A stretch of 64,000 nucleotides of DNA from an uncultured Gammaproteobacteria bacterium (GCA_963759005.1 CAVWXQ010000023.1:63-64062), one strand, 5' to 3'. Positions 1-10,714 are shown, counted from the stretch's first letter. Translations and numbers: made by a program. Notes: generated by a model from the letters alone, not told the origin.

Positions 1-1492
1 ACCGGATAGCAAACATCGGGCAGGCGGAGGTAACTCCAAATGTTAAGCACGGTGTGCGCAAGGCAACAGGCCGTAAGTGTAAGTTGAAGTGATTTAGCCT
101 CGTAAGAACTAAAGTAAGCAGGGCGACAGTTTTCTCGTACTGGAAGCCACCATTCTATGATGTGCATGACAAGTATTGTAGAGCTGCTTCGTAGAGCATA
201 AAGCATCTATGTTACACCTTATGAATAATCGGCAACTCGGGAGATCCTGAGACGTCTTTCAAGAAGAGAGTAAGTTGAACAAGTGATAATAAAACAAGAA
301 CAACTGAAGCGGCTCAGGAAGTCGGATGGTGGCGTAGTACCTGTGAAAGAGTGTAATGCATCTGGAGGAAAGGCCATCACGATAACAACGGCGTTACAGG
401 GACACACGCATCATGCACAGTAATGATGAAAGCGTGCAAACGAAACTGCAACGCATAGCGACAAAAGCCAGCAAAGACAAGCGGTGCCAATTCACCAGTT
501 TATTTCATTTAATGAACAAAGAATTGTTGCTGGAATGTTTTACGCAGCTGAAGGGAAATGCAGCGTCAGGCATAGACAATATCAGCAAAGAAAAATACGC
601 CAAAAACCTGGGCGCAAATCTTGATGATTTGATAAAACGTTTACATAAAATGGCGTATAAACCGCAGCCGGTGTTAAGAGTTTACATACCAAAACCGGGA
701 AGCAAGAAGCGGCGACCACTGGGTGTTCCCGCGCTAGAAGATAAGCTGGTACAGGCAGGGCTTGTTAAAATTCTGCAAATGATTTATGAACAAGACTTTA
801 TCGACGACTCTTATGGGTTTAGGCCAAAACGATCATGTCATGATGCGCTACGAGCATTAAGTCAGACTGTTGAAAGCCAGCCCGTTCACTACATGGTCGA
901 AGCTGACATAAAAGGTTTCTTCGATAATGTAGATCAGGAACAGTTGATTACCTTTCTGCAGCATCGTATAGCCGACAAGCGAATACTCAGGTACATCAAG
1001 CGATTTCTAAAAGCCGGAATCCATGAAGATGGGCAACACAAAGCGAGTGAAAGGGGTACGCCGCAAGGCGGGGTAATATCACCACTGCTTGCTAACATCT
1101 ATCTTCACTATACATTGGATCTCTGGTTTGAAAAGCGAATAAAACAAAATAGCCAGGGCTATGTCCGTTTGATTCGTTATGCTGATGACTACGTTGCCTG
1201 CTTTCAAGATGCGGAAGATGCAAAGCACTTTATGCAAGAAATGAAAACACGGTTAAATAAGTTTCATCTAGAAGTTGCCCCGGAAAAGACCAGGCTGTTT
1301 GAGTTTGGGAAATTTGCCCGATCAAAAGCAAAATCCAGAGGTGAAAGAACAGCGACGTTTGATTTCCTGGGGTTAACCCATTACTGTTCACGCAGTCGCG
1401 ATGGAAAATGTTTTCGCATGAAAAGGAAAACCGTTAGCAAGCGATTTACAGCTAAGTTAAAAGGATACAAAGAATGGCTAAAGGCAAATTAA
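1..1492 (+). mobile_element. Group II intron fragment (part of the 5' ribozyme region plus IEP; 3' end with DV/DVI not seen)
   Basis: Non-coding region with intron-like motifs (aagtcggatggtggcgtagtacctgtgaa, ggaggaaaggcc) precedes an RT ORF. No DV/DVI recognised after 1492. The 5' end probably lies outside the window. Confidence 0.8.
413..1492 (+). pseudogene. ltrA: Group II intron reverse transcriptase/maturase, C-terminally truncated in domain X
   Basis: RT motifs YIPKPG..RPLGVP, SYGFRP, DIKGFFD, GTPQGGVISPLLANIYL, RYADD, FDFLG. The ORF stops at 359 aa shortly after FDFLG. Confidence 0.85.
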
Positions 1493-1524
1493 GTAAGTGC
1501 CATTCGGGTAGAGCGCTGTGGTTT

Positions 1525-1740
1525 ACTAATATAGATAACTATGAAATACAAAATAGTCACAAGGAGGTGGAAATGTCACGCAATCCGGGATTTAATTTAA
1601 TCGGTTTACCGCAGCACGTCATTTAACCTGGCAATAACACGGAACCATGCTTTTATGGGATCGCTGAAGAAGAAGATTGTTATTTGATTCTGTAGTATAT
1701 TTCTGTAGTATATGAAAACGTTGTTCTGACTCGACTTACC
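1525..1740 (+). mobile_element. Non-autonomous internal-deletion derivative of a Y1 (RAYT/IS200-like) transposase element, copy 1
   Basis: RBS aaggaggtgg then a degenerate MSRNPGFNLIGLPQHVI*PGNNTEPCFY, fused to the transposase 3' tail (ggatcgctgaagaa...gttctgac). Similar to 2630-2850. Confidence 0.7.
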
Positions 1741-1881
1741 AGACACCAATGCCATGATTTTTTCTGGCAGAATACTTCAAATTGTTTATGCTGTTGAAGT
1801 TACAGCCGCTCCGACAATTGGGGTAGGCTGTGAAACCAGATTCTGCAGGCATACATTCGCTGCACTTAACAGGAGACCCGC

Positions 1882-2583
1882 ATGAAAATTCGAACAAATT
1901 ACAAGCTACCTCTTGCAACATCTGTGTTCTTGCTGGCAACTAGCCAGTTGAACCTGGTACAGGCAGAAGGTTATCCCTATTCAAACCAGAATGCACAGCC
2001 CGTATACAACCCGGGCTATCAGAACTACCCTGGCAATCTTACTCCGGGATACACCCGGCCCTACAACGGTGGACGTAATTATGGCCGTGATTCCAACTTC
2101 AGTCCCATGGGCGGCAGCGGCCCAGGTTTCAGTGGCCCATGGGACAGTGGCCGTGGTAATAGCATGCCCTGGAAAAGTGGACGCGGCGGTAGCGGTCCAG
2201 GCTTCAGTGGCCCTTGGGACAGTGGACGTGGAAATAGCATGCCCTGGGACAGTAGACGCGGTGGTAGCGGGCCAGGTTTCAGCGGCCCGTGGGACAGTGG
2301 TCGTGGTGGTCGCAGCATGCCATGGGGCGGCAGTCGTGGCGGTCGCAGCATGCCATGGGATGATAGTGGACGTGGCGGCTGGATGGATAAAGACAGATTT
2401 GCAGATCGCTGGGATGACATGTTGAATGCACCGAGCGATATGGGTGAAATGCCGGGGGGCTTTAATGCACCTTCAGTCAGCGTACCAAACCCGGTCGACG
2501 TGGGTGACGAGTTCAACGATGCAGCACGCGATGCACCTGATCAAATGCGTAATGTATATGATGAGAATCGCCAATCTGAATAA
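1882..2583 (+). CDS. Secreted Gly/Ser/Pro/Trp-rich repeat protein (sulfur-globule-protein-like candidate)
   Basis: RBS aggag. Signal peptide ending VQA. About three 25-aa repeats GGSGPGFSGPWDSGRGNSMPW. Acidic C-terminal region. Confidence 0.7.
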   Translation: MKIRTNYKLPLATSVFLLATSQLNLVQAEGYPYSNQNAQPVYNPGYQNYPGNLTPGYTRPYNGGRNYGRDSNFSPMGGSGPGFSGPWDSGRGNSMPWKSGRGGSGPGFSGPWDSGRGNSMPWDSRRGGSGPGFSGPWDSGRGGRSMPWGGSRGGRSMPWDDSGRGGWMDKDRFADRWDDMLNAPSDMGEMPGGFNAPSVSVPNPVDVGDEFNDAARDAPDQMRNVYDENRQSE

Positions 2584-2629
2584 CGGGAAAAGCAAAAGTG
2601 AGCAAAAGTGGGATCAGAACACAGTTGTT

Positions 2630-2850
2630 GCTAATATAGATAACTATTAAAGACAAAATAGTCACAAGGAGGTGGAAATGTCTCGCAAGCCAGGATTTAA
2701 TTTAATCGGTTTACCGCAACACGTCATTCAACGTGGCAATAACCGAGAATCATGCTTTTATGGGATCGCTGAAGAACAAGGTTGTTATTTGAATTTGTAG
2801 TGTATTAGTGAAATCTGCGTTCTGACCCGACTTACCCTGACCCGACTTAC
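2630..2850 (+). mobile_element. Y1-transposase-derived non-autonomous element, copy 2
   Basis: Encodes MSRKPGFNLIGLPQHVIQRGNNRESCFY (typical Y1/RAYT N-terminus HVIQRGNNR) joined to GIAEEQGCYL; ends with ctgacccgactt. Confidence 0.75.
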
Positions 2851-3077
2851 CGCATTGAAGTCCTGCAATGAAAAACAGAATACTAAACTGACTTATCGAC
2901 ATTTATGAGCAATAACCGAGAATCATGCTTTATGGGATCGCTGAAGAACAAGGTTGTTATTTTAATTTGTAGTCTATTAGTGAAATCTGCGTTCTGGCCC
3001 GACTTACCCTGAACCGACTTACCGCATTGAAGTCCTGCAATGAAAAGCAGAATACTAAACTGACTTATCGACATTTA
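2736..3077 (+). repeat. ~173-bp tandem duplication
   Basis: gcaataaccgagaatcatg...ttatcgacattta occurs at 2736-2905 and 2909-3077. Confidence 0.9.
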
Positions 3078-3117
3078 CCGTGAAAAAAAATTGACAACTT
3101 GAGGTAAAAAGTGAATT

Positions 3118-4253
3118 ATGCCTCGCATCTGTGTTTATTTATATATCTACGTTCATCAAAGAGTATCAATGTCTTATTCCACTATTATAAATTCTTTTCG
3201 TTTTAGTCTTGTTTTACTTGGTTTTATCACTCTCGTTGCCTGTGGTGACGTCGATGAGGCGGCTTTACCTAGCAGTGTGCCCGTTGCCAATGCCGGTGCG
3301 GACCAGACTCAGCTGCTTGGTAACACGGTGACCCTTGATGGCAGTGCCTCAACTGATGCCGATGGCGATTTGCTGACTTACAAGTGGTCATTCACCTCGA
3401 AACCGGCATCTAGCGCAGCAGCATTGTCTGATCCAACAGCGGTGAGACCCACTTTTGTAATGGACCTGTTTGGTGATTATGTGGTGCAGCTGATCGTTAA
3501 TGATGATAAGGCGGATAGTGACCCGGATACAGTGACCATTAGCACAAACAACAGTGCCCCTGTTGCCGATGCCGGAGCGGACCAGTCAGTGTTTTTTGGT
3601 GACACGGTGATACTTGATGGCAGTGCCTCATCCGATGTTGATAACGATATGCTGACTTACAGCTGGTCATTTATCACGAAACCGCCAGGCAGCGCGGCAG
3701 CATTGTCTAATCCAACGGCGGTGAAACCCATCTTTGATATTGATGTGTCGGGTGATTATGTGGTGCAGCTGATTGTTAATGACGGTAGATTAGACAGTGT
3801 TGCCGATACAGTAACCATCACTACAAACAACACTGCCCCGTTGCCGATGCCGGACCGAACCAGACCCCGCAGCTTGGTGACACGGTGATACTTGATGGCA
3901 GTGCCTCATTTGATGTTGATATCAGTGCCTCAGGTGATGCCGATAGCGATATGCTGACATACCGCTGGTCATTCCTCTTGAACCCAAGCGCAGGGGCAAC
4001 ATTGTCTGATGCGACAGTAGTGAATCCCAGCTTCAACATAGATGAGTTGGGTCCTTATGTGCTGCAGCTGATTGTTAATGACGGTACGGTGGACAGTGAC
4101 CCGAATACTGTGACGTCACAGCGAATTAAGCGCAGGTTCATGGCCAATGCGGTGCTTCCTGCTAATAACCCTGTCGCAGACGTGTCAACCTTTCCCAGCT
4201 TTAGTGCCTGTAGGAAAGGGTGGTCTGTATTAAACGTGGTTTCCACGTTCTAG
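3118..4253 (+). pseudogene. PKD/Ig-like repeat lipoprotein, frameshifted (~3835) and 3'-truncated
   Basis: Lipobox LVAC. Three PVA(N/D)AGADQ..VTLDGSAS.D.D..LTY.WS repeats. The third repeat continues in another frame and runs into unrelated sequence near 4115. Probable start 3169. Confidence 0.75.
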
Positions 4254-4475
4254 CGCGATAATCATTTACACTTACAATTAAACCGGGACAGTGAGTAATG
4301 GTTACTCTGTTTCTTTTCTGTCGTAATCAGATGTTAATCGCAATAGGAATGCGTCTCGCTCTAAAATTTCCTGCTTTTTCTTCAAATCTGCCTGCTATGA
4401 CAAAGCCACAGTCGTGGCAGTGCCCCTCTTTGGTTAACGGATACTGATTGATTTGATACCAGTCGCGTTCGATTA

Positions 4476-4631
4476 ATGGCTTCTGATGCGGTGGATACTA
4501 CCAGGGAAGTCGTACATGATGCTGCCCAGGGTATCGCCGATGCGACCAGGCCAGAGGATATGACAACCGAGGAAGCACTCGAATACATGGATAAGGAGAT
4601 GGAAAAACTCAAAATGGAAGTAGATCAGTAA
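4476..4631 (+). CDS. Small ORF or C-terminal gene fragment (MASDAVDTTREVVHDAAQG...KMEVDQ)
   Basis: 51-codon open frame with protein-like composition, followed by a GC hairpin. Confidence 0.3.
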   Translation: MASDAVDTTREVVHDAAQGIADATRPEDMTTEEALEYMDKEMEKLKMEVDQ

Positions 4632-4656
4632 ACAGCTGAAATCCATTGCCTGATCC

Positions 4657-4688
4657 AGGCGGGCAGGCGTAAGCCTGGCCGCCTTTTA
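4657..4688. terminator. Probable intrinsic terminator
   Basis: aggcgggcaggc-gtaa-gcctggccgcctttt stem-loop with T tail. Confidence 0.55.
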
Positions 4689-4819
4689 AATGGAAGTATA
4701 GAAAATCTGCCGGACGTGCCGGTAAAAACTGCGCCAGTGTGGATGCAGACGGAAACTGACGTGGCCGGCTGACGAACGTCAAAACCGGCCACGGCGGCTT
4801 GGATGTAATTACGACCGTT

Positions 4820-5547
4820 TTATTGTACCGATGAAACGTTCAGTAAATTCAGCTCTGTAAGCAGTTTATTCACCCGCAAGAATCCCGGCAACATATCCCC
4901 GTTTTCCAGAATGATTGCGGGCGTGCCGCGAACACCGAGTTTTCTGGTCAGTTCCATGTGCTTCACAATCGGATTGTCGCATACTTTGGATTCAATCACG
5001 CCGTTTGCATAAGCAACATCGAGCGCCGCTTTTCTGTTGTCAGCGCACCAGACCGAAACTGTCTTGTTGATGTCTTCGTTTCCTTTCAACGGCATGAAAA
5101 TATAACGAACCTTGATGCTGTTCCCCAGATACTGCGGTATTTCCTTGTGCAGGCGACGGCAATAAGAGCAATCGATGTCGGTCACCACGGTGATGGTGTG
5201 TTTGACTGTCTCGGGATTATAGGCCACCATATTACTTTCACCCAATGCATCGATTTCGCTGATGCGTATCGCCGCTTTTGCGTCTTCAGTGTAGTTCTTG
5301 TTGGTCGACAGATTCATCAGATCGCCATCAATCATGTACTGCGCATCCTTCGTCATGTAGACCACCTTTGGCCCAACGATGACCTGGTAGAGACCGCTCA
5401 CCGGCGTTGTATCGATACGTGTACCTCGACCTGGGACATGCGTTTGGCAATTGCCTTTTCGAGTTCCGCGATATCATCCGCGGCGAACAGCATGCAGGAA
5501 TTGAACCCGAAGGCGAGAATCAGGGTATTGCGTAGCAGTGTCTTCAT
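4820..5547 (-). CDS. dsbC: DsbC/DsbG-family thiol:disulfide isomerase (1-bp frameshift near 5420)
   Basis: TDIDCSYC, RGTPAI motifs. Signal peptide MKTLLRNTLILAFG... starts at 5547 in another frame and rejoins at TRIDTTPVSGLY. Confidence 0.8.
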
Positions 5548-5764
5548 ATTATGTTAACCGGGCCATGTGGGCAAAAATGCTATTCGTATCCGAGCAAGTC
5601 TCCATAGGTTACAACGCGTTGACATGAAAATTCCCGTTACAGTCCAAATGGTAGTACCAGTGGCTCCATTTATTTTAGACTTTATATGGTTGTCCGCCGC
5701 AATTTATATTCGTGGGTGGTGTTATTGTTCAGTAATTGATCTCTCAAACCGAGACCGGGCTAGA

Positions 5765-5854
5765 TGGCGGAGAAGGAGGGATTTGAACCCTCGGAACCCG
5801 TAAGGGTTCACTTGATTTCGAATCAAGCACATTCGGCCGCTCTGTCACTTCTCC
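5765..5854 (-). tRNA. tRNA-Ser(CGA)
   Basis: Reverse complement GGAGAAGTG...CTTGA-TTCGAAA-TCAAG, long variable arm, GGTTCAAATCC, ends CCA; 90 nt. Confidence 0.95.
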
Positions 5855-6341
5855 GTAATTTTTATTACATCATAAACTGAACTTGTTAGGGTGTTTAATT
5901 CGTTTGTGCTAATAACGATAGCAGATATTAAGTTAATGAGCTTTTTCGAACGGTCATATCCAAACACCAGCCACGATAAAATACATAATACCAAAAGGCA
6001 GATCGCCACCGCAAAGTAGCCTGTTTATTAAATATGAAGGCTGACATGGTAAGTAAAAGGAATTGCTACAGATTATTAGCAGCCTGATGTTCGTCAGTTT
6101 TACAGAAACAAGTGCATAAGTCCTGATTGAGGGTGGCGGTTTGGCTGGCTAAATCGTGAAGATTACTGGTTGCTTGAAGAGGGAGGGGAGTTATATATTG
6201 TGGCAGGCAGGTTTGACCTGGGTTAGAAAGGGTGTTTATACTTTCTGTACTTAACTCGGAAGTTTAAGGACCCTTCCCGCATTGTAACTGTCCTATAAAC
6301 ATATGTTTCGCAACCGATTCATTTTGAGTACATAATCAGCC

Positions 6342-8189
6342 ATGCTAAAAAAGATACTGCTACCTTCAATTCTTGTGGTTCTGGCCTGGGGCTTCTGGAT
6401 CAGCCCTGACTTCAAAGCGATTTCCGCCGGCGTCGCCATTTTTTTGTTCGGCATGCTTTCACTGGAAGAAGGTTTCCGCGCCTTCACCGGTGGCACACTG
6501 GAGCGCCTGCTCCGGCGCACAACATCAAGCACATGGAAAAGCGTGGTATTTGGCATTGTCTCCACAACTTTCATGCAATCGAGTTCGCTGGTTTCGGTGA
6601 TCACAATCTCATTCCTCAGCGCCGGGCTGATTACACTCGGCGCTGGCATCGGCATTATATTCGGCGCTAATCTTGGCACCACCACCGGCGCCTGGCTGAT
6701 CGCCGGCTTCGGCCTCAAGGTCGATATCGCCGCCTATGCAATGCCAATGCTGGCTTTCGGCGTCATCCTGATATTCCAGTCCTCGAAAGTACTCAAGGGA
6801 CTCGGCTATATCCTCGCCGGTCTGGGTTTCCTGTTCCTTGGCATCCACTACATGAAGGAAGGCTTTGAGTCCTTTAAATCCACGATCGATCTGTCGCAAT
6901 ACGCCGTGGCCGGCTACCCGGGACTGTTTCTGTTCACTGCGATCGGCGTATTTGCTACCGTGGTGATGCAGTCCAGCCACGCCACGCTGGTGCTGATTAT
7001 CACCGCGCTAGCAGCGGGCCAGATCACCTACGAGAACGCGCTTGCGCTCGCAATCGGCGCCAATGTCGGCACCACCATCACCGCTATACTCGGGGCGATG
7101 AGTGCAAATGAGGCTGGCAAGCGACTGGCGGCGGCGCACCTGCTGTTTAACGTGGTCACCGGTCTAATTGCGATTCTACTGGTTTATCAGCTGGTCGAAC
7201 TGATCGACTGGATCGCCAACGATATCGGTATTGCGGCTGACGACTACACCCTGAAGCTCGCGGTATTCCATACGATCTTCAATCTGCTTGGTATAACCGT
7301 GATGTTGCCTTTCATCGGCATGATGGTGACTACGCTGGAAAAAATCATCCCCGAAAAGAAAGCCGAAATCGATCAGCCCAAATACCTCACAGGATCGTCG
7401 GCCGAGTTCCCGGACACCGCCATCGAGGCGCTGCGCCAGGAATCGATCCGTGTGTACGATGCCGCGATACGCATCATTATCGACGCCCTCGGCTTTAAAA
7501 AGTCCGATGTGTATTCGGAAGCCGACCTGGTGCAGGCCGCTTCCGCCCAGATGCGCGTACACAGGCTCGACGTCGATTCCGTTTACGAGCGCCACATCAA
7601 GGGTATCTACAGCGCGATCATCGCCTTTATCAGCACCACCAGTTTCTCCAGGCAGGATGAACAGTCTGCGAGGATCCACTGGCTGCGTGAAGCCAACAAG
7701 AATACGGTCGAAGCGGTGAAAGACACCAAGCACCTGCAGAAAAACCTGCTGCATTATCTCAATTCGGATAACGAAAAAATGCGTGGCGTCTACAACGAGG
7801 TCCGCGTCCAGATCGCCAACGTCATCCGCGAACTTGATGAAATGCGCCAGACTGGCGATGTCGGTTTTATCGACATGGTCTCGCTGGATGCACTAAAGCT
7901 TATCGTCAACGAAGACCTTGAAAAACTGAACAGCGCGATGTCCACACTTATCGGCCAACGCTCGATCACACCGTTGATGGGCTCCTCGCTGATGAACGAC
8001 AGCAGCTACGCTTTCGATATTTCAATGAATCTGATATCGGCCGCACAGACGCTGTTCGTGGCCAGAGAGACCGACCTTTCCCATGCGATGCATGATGTGC
8101 TGCAGGAACACCATGAACATGAACTGGACAATGTCAGCACGCAGTCGACTGGAACTAACATCATAAATGCAAATAGCGGAGAAATCTGA
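6342..8189 (+). CDS. Na/Pi cotransporter family protein
   Basis: Two QSSS/QSSH...GANLGTT/GANVGTT repeats, many TM segments, helical C-terminal region. Confidence 0.9.
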   Translation: MLKKILLPSILVVLAWGFWISPDFKAISAGVAIFLFGMLSLEEGFRAFTGGTLERLLRRTTSSTWKSVVFGIVSTTFMQSSSLVSVITISFLSAGLITLGAGIGIIFGANLGTTTGAWLIAGFGLKVDIAAYAMPMLAFGVILIFQSSKVLKGLGYILAGLGFLFLGIHYMKEGFESFKSTIDLSQYAVAGYPGLFLFTAIGVFATVVMQSSHATLVLIITALAAGQITYENALALAIGANVGTTITAILGAMSANEAGKRLAAAHLLFNVVTGLIAILLVYQLVELIDWIANDIGIAADDYTLKLAVFHTIFNLLGITVMLPFIGMMVTTLEKIIPEKKAEIDQPKYLTGSSAEFPDTAIEALRQESIRVYDAAIRIIIDALGFKKSDVYSEADLVQAASAQMRVHRLDVDSVYERHIKGIYSAIIAFISTTSFSRQDEQSARIHWLREANKNTVEAVKDTKHLQKNLLHYLNSDNEKMRGVYNEVRVQIANVIRELDEMRQTGDVGFIDMVSLDALKLIVNEDLEKLNSAMSTLIGQRSITPLMGSSLMNDSSYAFDISMNLISAAQTLFVARETDLSHAMHDVLQEHHEHELDNVSTQSTGTNIINANSGEI

Positions 8190-8473
8190 TGGGACTAAAA
8201 AAACTGCTTAACAAACTGGGCGATCTACTCAATCCGGCTGTCGAGTTGCGCAGAAAACACCGCAAAAAGCTCAAAGAGATACTCAAGGAACTGAAATCCA
8301 GGGAGAAGGCGCTGAAGGCAAAACTGGAATCGACGGATGACGAGCGCAAACGCGACCGGCTACAGAAGGAACTGGAGATTGTGCATGGTCAGCGTATGAA
8401 AGGCGTTAACGCTATGCGTAGTGATGGTGGTAAAGACGATAGCATCATTGAGGACAATCAAAACAGCAAGTAA
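8189..8473 (+). CDS. Small basic coiled-coil hypothetical protein
   Basis: Start overlaps the cotransporter stop (tgatg); Lys/Glu-rich. Confidence 0.65.
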   Translation: MGLKKLLNKLGDLLNPAVELRRKHRKKLKEILKELKSREKALKAKLESTDDERKRDRLQKELEIVHGQRMKGVNAMRSDGGKDDSIIEDNQNSK

Positions 8474-8494
8474 ACGCTGTTAACACTGGCAACA

Positions 8495-8728
8495 ATAGAA
8501 ATCATCTCGATAAAAAATGAAATTCATCGTATTCGAGATTCGCTGAATCAGGAATTAGTATTAGGGCGCGATGATTTTAAAGAGAAGATACAACTGAAAT
8601 ACAACTAATGATGAAAAGACAAGTGAACGCTGAAAAAATGGGCAGGCCTCGGATCGCTGAAGAACAGTGTTGTTATTTGATTTTGTAGTATATTAGGTTC
8701 GCAACAATTGCTGTTCTGCCCCGTCTTA
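8495..8728 (+). pseudogene. C-terminal remnant of a Y1/RAYT transposase with element end
   Basis: Translates EIHRIRDSLNQELVLGRDDFKEKI...MMKRQVNAEKMGRPRIAEEQCCYL. Shares the ggatcgctgaagaac...ttgtagtatatt...gttctg tail with the 1525 and 2630 copies. Confidence 0.65.
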
Positions 8729-8788
8729 TCCAGTTATATAGAATCAATAAACTGGGCGCAAGACGTCCTAAATAAAACAATTCATTTT

Positions 8789-9091
8789 TTAGTTTGGGAA
8801 GACTTTTTTAAAGGGTTTGATGGTAACACTGGCATATACACCTGCAGCGACATAAGGATCGGCATCTGCCCAGGCTTTTGCTTCGAGCAGACTTTCAAAC
8901 TCTGCCACCACCAGGCTACCGCTAAAACCGGCTTCACCTGGATCTTCGCTGTCAATTGACGGGTGAGGGCCTGCCAGTATTAATCGCCCCTGATCTTGCA
9001 ATGCGGTTAAGCGTTCTATATGTTTTGGTCTGGCGATCAGACGATTTTGCAAGCTGTTTTCTGCATCTTGTGCAATGATGGCGTAGAGCAT
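8789..9091 (-). CDS. yciI: YciI family protein
   Basis: [26 protein letters not shown] motifs; adjacent to yciB. Confidence 0.92.
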   Translation of the reverse strand: MLYAIIAQDAENSLQNRLIARPKHIERLTALQDQGRLILAGPHPSIDSEDPGEAGFSGSLVVAEFESLLEAKAWADADPYVAAGVYASVTIKPFKKVFPN

Positions 9092-9753
9092 TATGGCTTC
9101 TCCGATTTTTTATCATTGTCACTGCTTTTTACATCATCTTCCGTGATGTGTTGTGACAGGTAAAGTGCCTGCAAAATGACAAAACCAATAGTTAAACCCA
9201 TTAAACCAAAGAGCTTGAAGTTAACCCAGGTGTCCATGCGGACATCATCGGCAGCACCGAGATTGTAGTAAAAAGCGACGTAAAGATTAGCCGAGCCGCT
9301 GATAAAAAAGAACACCACCCAGGACAGGTTGAGGGTTTTCCAGACTTTTTCAGGCAATGATATTTGCCCGCTCATCATGCGTTGAATGATAGGTTTTTCG
9401 CCAATAATCATGCTGCCAAGGAATACACCGGCGAACAGCCAGTTTAATACAGTCGGTTTCCATTGAATAAATGCCGGGTTACCGAGAAAGATAGTGATGC
9501 TGCCGAGCACGGTAATGAGTACCAGTGAAAACAGATGCATGCGTTCAAATTTACGCGTATTGAACCAGTGGTAGCCGACCTGGATAAAGCTGGCAAGAAT
9601 AGCTACCGCCGTGGCGATAAGGGTGGCGTTTATAAAGTCCGGTTTATCGGGGTTGATTAGCTGGCCAACAAAGGTGTTTTCGATCAGGAAACTTGCCTGG
9701 TAATAGCTGACAAAAAATAGAATAATTGGAAAAAAATCAAAAAGTAACTTCAT
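9091..9753 (-). CDS. yciB: Inner-membrane septation protein A (YciB/IspZ)
   Basis: [28 protein letters not shown]. Confidence 0.93.
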   Translation of the reverse strand: MKLLFDFFPIILFFVSYYQASFLIENTFVGQLINPDKPDFINATLIATAVAILASFIQVGYHWFNTRKFERMHLFSLVLITVLGSITIFLGNPAFIQWKPTVLNWLFAGVFLGSMIIGEKPIIQRMMSGQISLPEKVWKTLNLSWVVFFFISGSANLYVAFYYNLGAADDVRMDTWVNFKLFGLMGLTIGFVILQALYLSQHITEDDVKSSDNDKKSEKP

Positions 9754-9840
9754 GTTGTTAATGTCGTTTGTGGTTTATTTGTTTGGCGTCTGTTTTTTCT
9801 AAGGAAAGCATTATACCTAAACTTTGGCATAGAGTTTTAT

Positions 9841-9900
9841 GTTGTAAGTTATAAGTTTCAAGTTAAAAGATATAAACTACAACTTTACAACTTACAACTT
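9841..9900. repeat. 7-nt periodic imperfect inverted repeat
   Basis: gttgtaa-gttataa-gtttcaa-gtt ... actacaa-ctttacaa-cttacaa-ctt immediately upstream of yciO. Confidence 0.55.
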
Positions 9901-9905
9901 TTCTA

Positions 9906-10523
9906 ATGAGCCAGTATTTCGAAATCCATCCTGAAAATCCTCAAAAGCGTTTGATCAAACAAGCGGTTGAAATTATCCATAATGGTGGGGTGATTGTGTA
10001 CCCGACAGATTCAAGTTACGCGCTTGGCTGTCATATCGGGGATAAGAATGCAGTCACGCGTTTGCGTCGTATCCGTCAAATAGATGATAAGCATAATTTA
10101 ACGCTGGTTTGCCGGGATCTTTCTGAAATTGCGACGTACGCAAAAATCAATAATTCAGATTACCGTTTGCTAAAATCATTAACGCCTGGGCCTTATACCT
10201 TTATTATGCCGGCAACCAGTGAGGTGCCACGTGCATTAATGCATCCTAAACGTCGACATATTGGTTTGCGGGTGATGGATCACCCCCTGGTTAATGATTT
10301 ATTAGAAGAGCTGGGCCAGCCGTTGATAAGCTGTACCCTGGTAATACCGGGGCAGGATCTTCCGGTGACGGATGCAGAAGATGTTCGTTTGTTGCTGGAC
10401 AAGCAGGTTGATCTGATTATTGATGGTGGGCATTGCGGTATCGAGCCAACAACCGTGATTCGCCTGACGGATAGTGTGCCTGATGTTAGACGCCATGGTA
10501 AAGGTAAAGATCATGGGCTTTGA
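9906..10523 (+). CDS. yciO: YciO / Sua5-YrdC family protein
   Basis: MSQYFEIHPENPQKRLI, YPTDSSYALGC, TPGPYTF. Confidence 0.92.
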   Translation: MSQYFEIHPENPQKRLIKQAVEIIHNGGVIVYPTDSSYALGCHIGDKNAVTRLRRIRQIDDKHNLTLVCRDLSEIATYAKINNSDYRLLKSLTPGPYTFIMPATSEVPRALMHPKRRHIGLRVMDHPLVNDLLEELGQPLISCTLVIPGQDLPVTDAEDVRLLLDKQVDLIIDGGHCGIEPTTVIRLTDSVPDVRRHGKGKDHGL

Positions 10524-10714
10524 ACAGCAGTGAATGACGAATGATGAAAAACCTTATCGATTAAATGTCGAAATGTATAGCAGACTAGTGGTTCCTTTCA
10601 TAACATCAATGCCATATTAATTCATCACAGCCGTGATGAAACATAATGAATCGTGTAAACTTCGCGTTTACCAAAAAGCTAGCAAAGAAGCTTACACGCA
10701 ACTAATAATTCTAA

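Noticed and set aside
413-1492. Retron, DGR or defence RT
   Set aside because: Motifs and upstream RNA are typical of group II introns; no msr/msd or accessory gene recognised.
1991-2516. Alternative-frame ORFs over the Gly-rich gene
   Set aside because: Open frames arise from the GC-rich tandem repeat; only 1882-2583 has an RBS and signal peptide.
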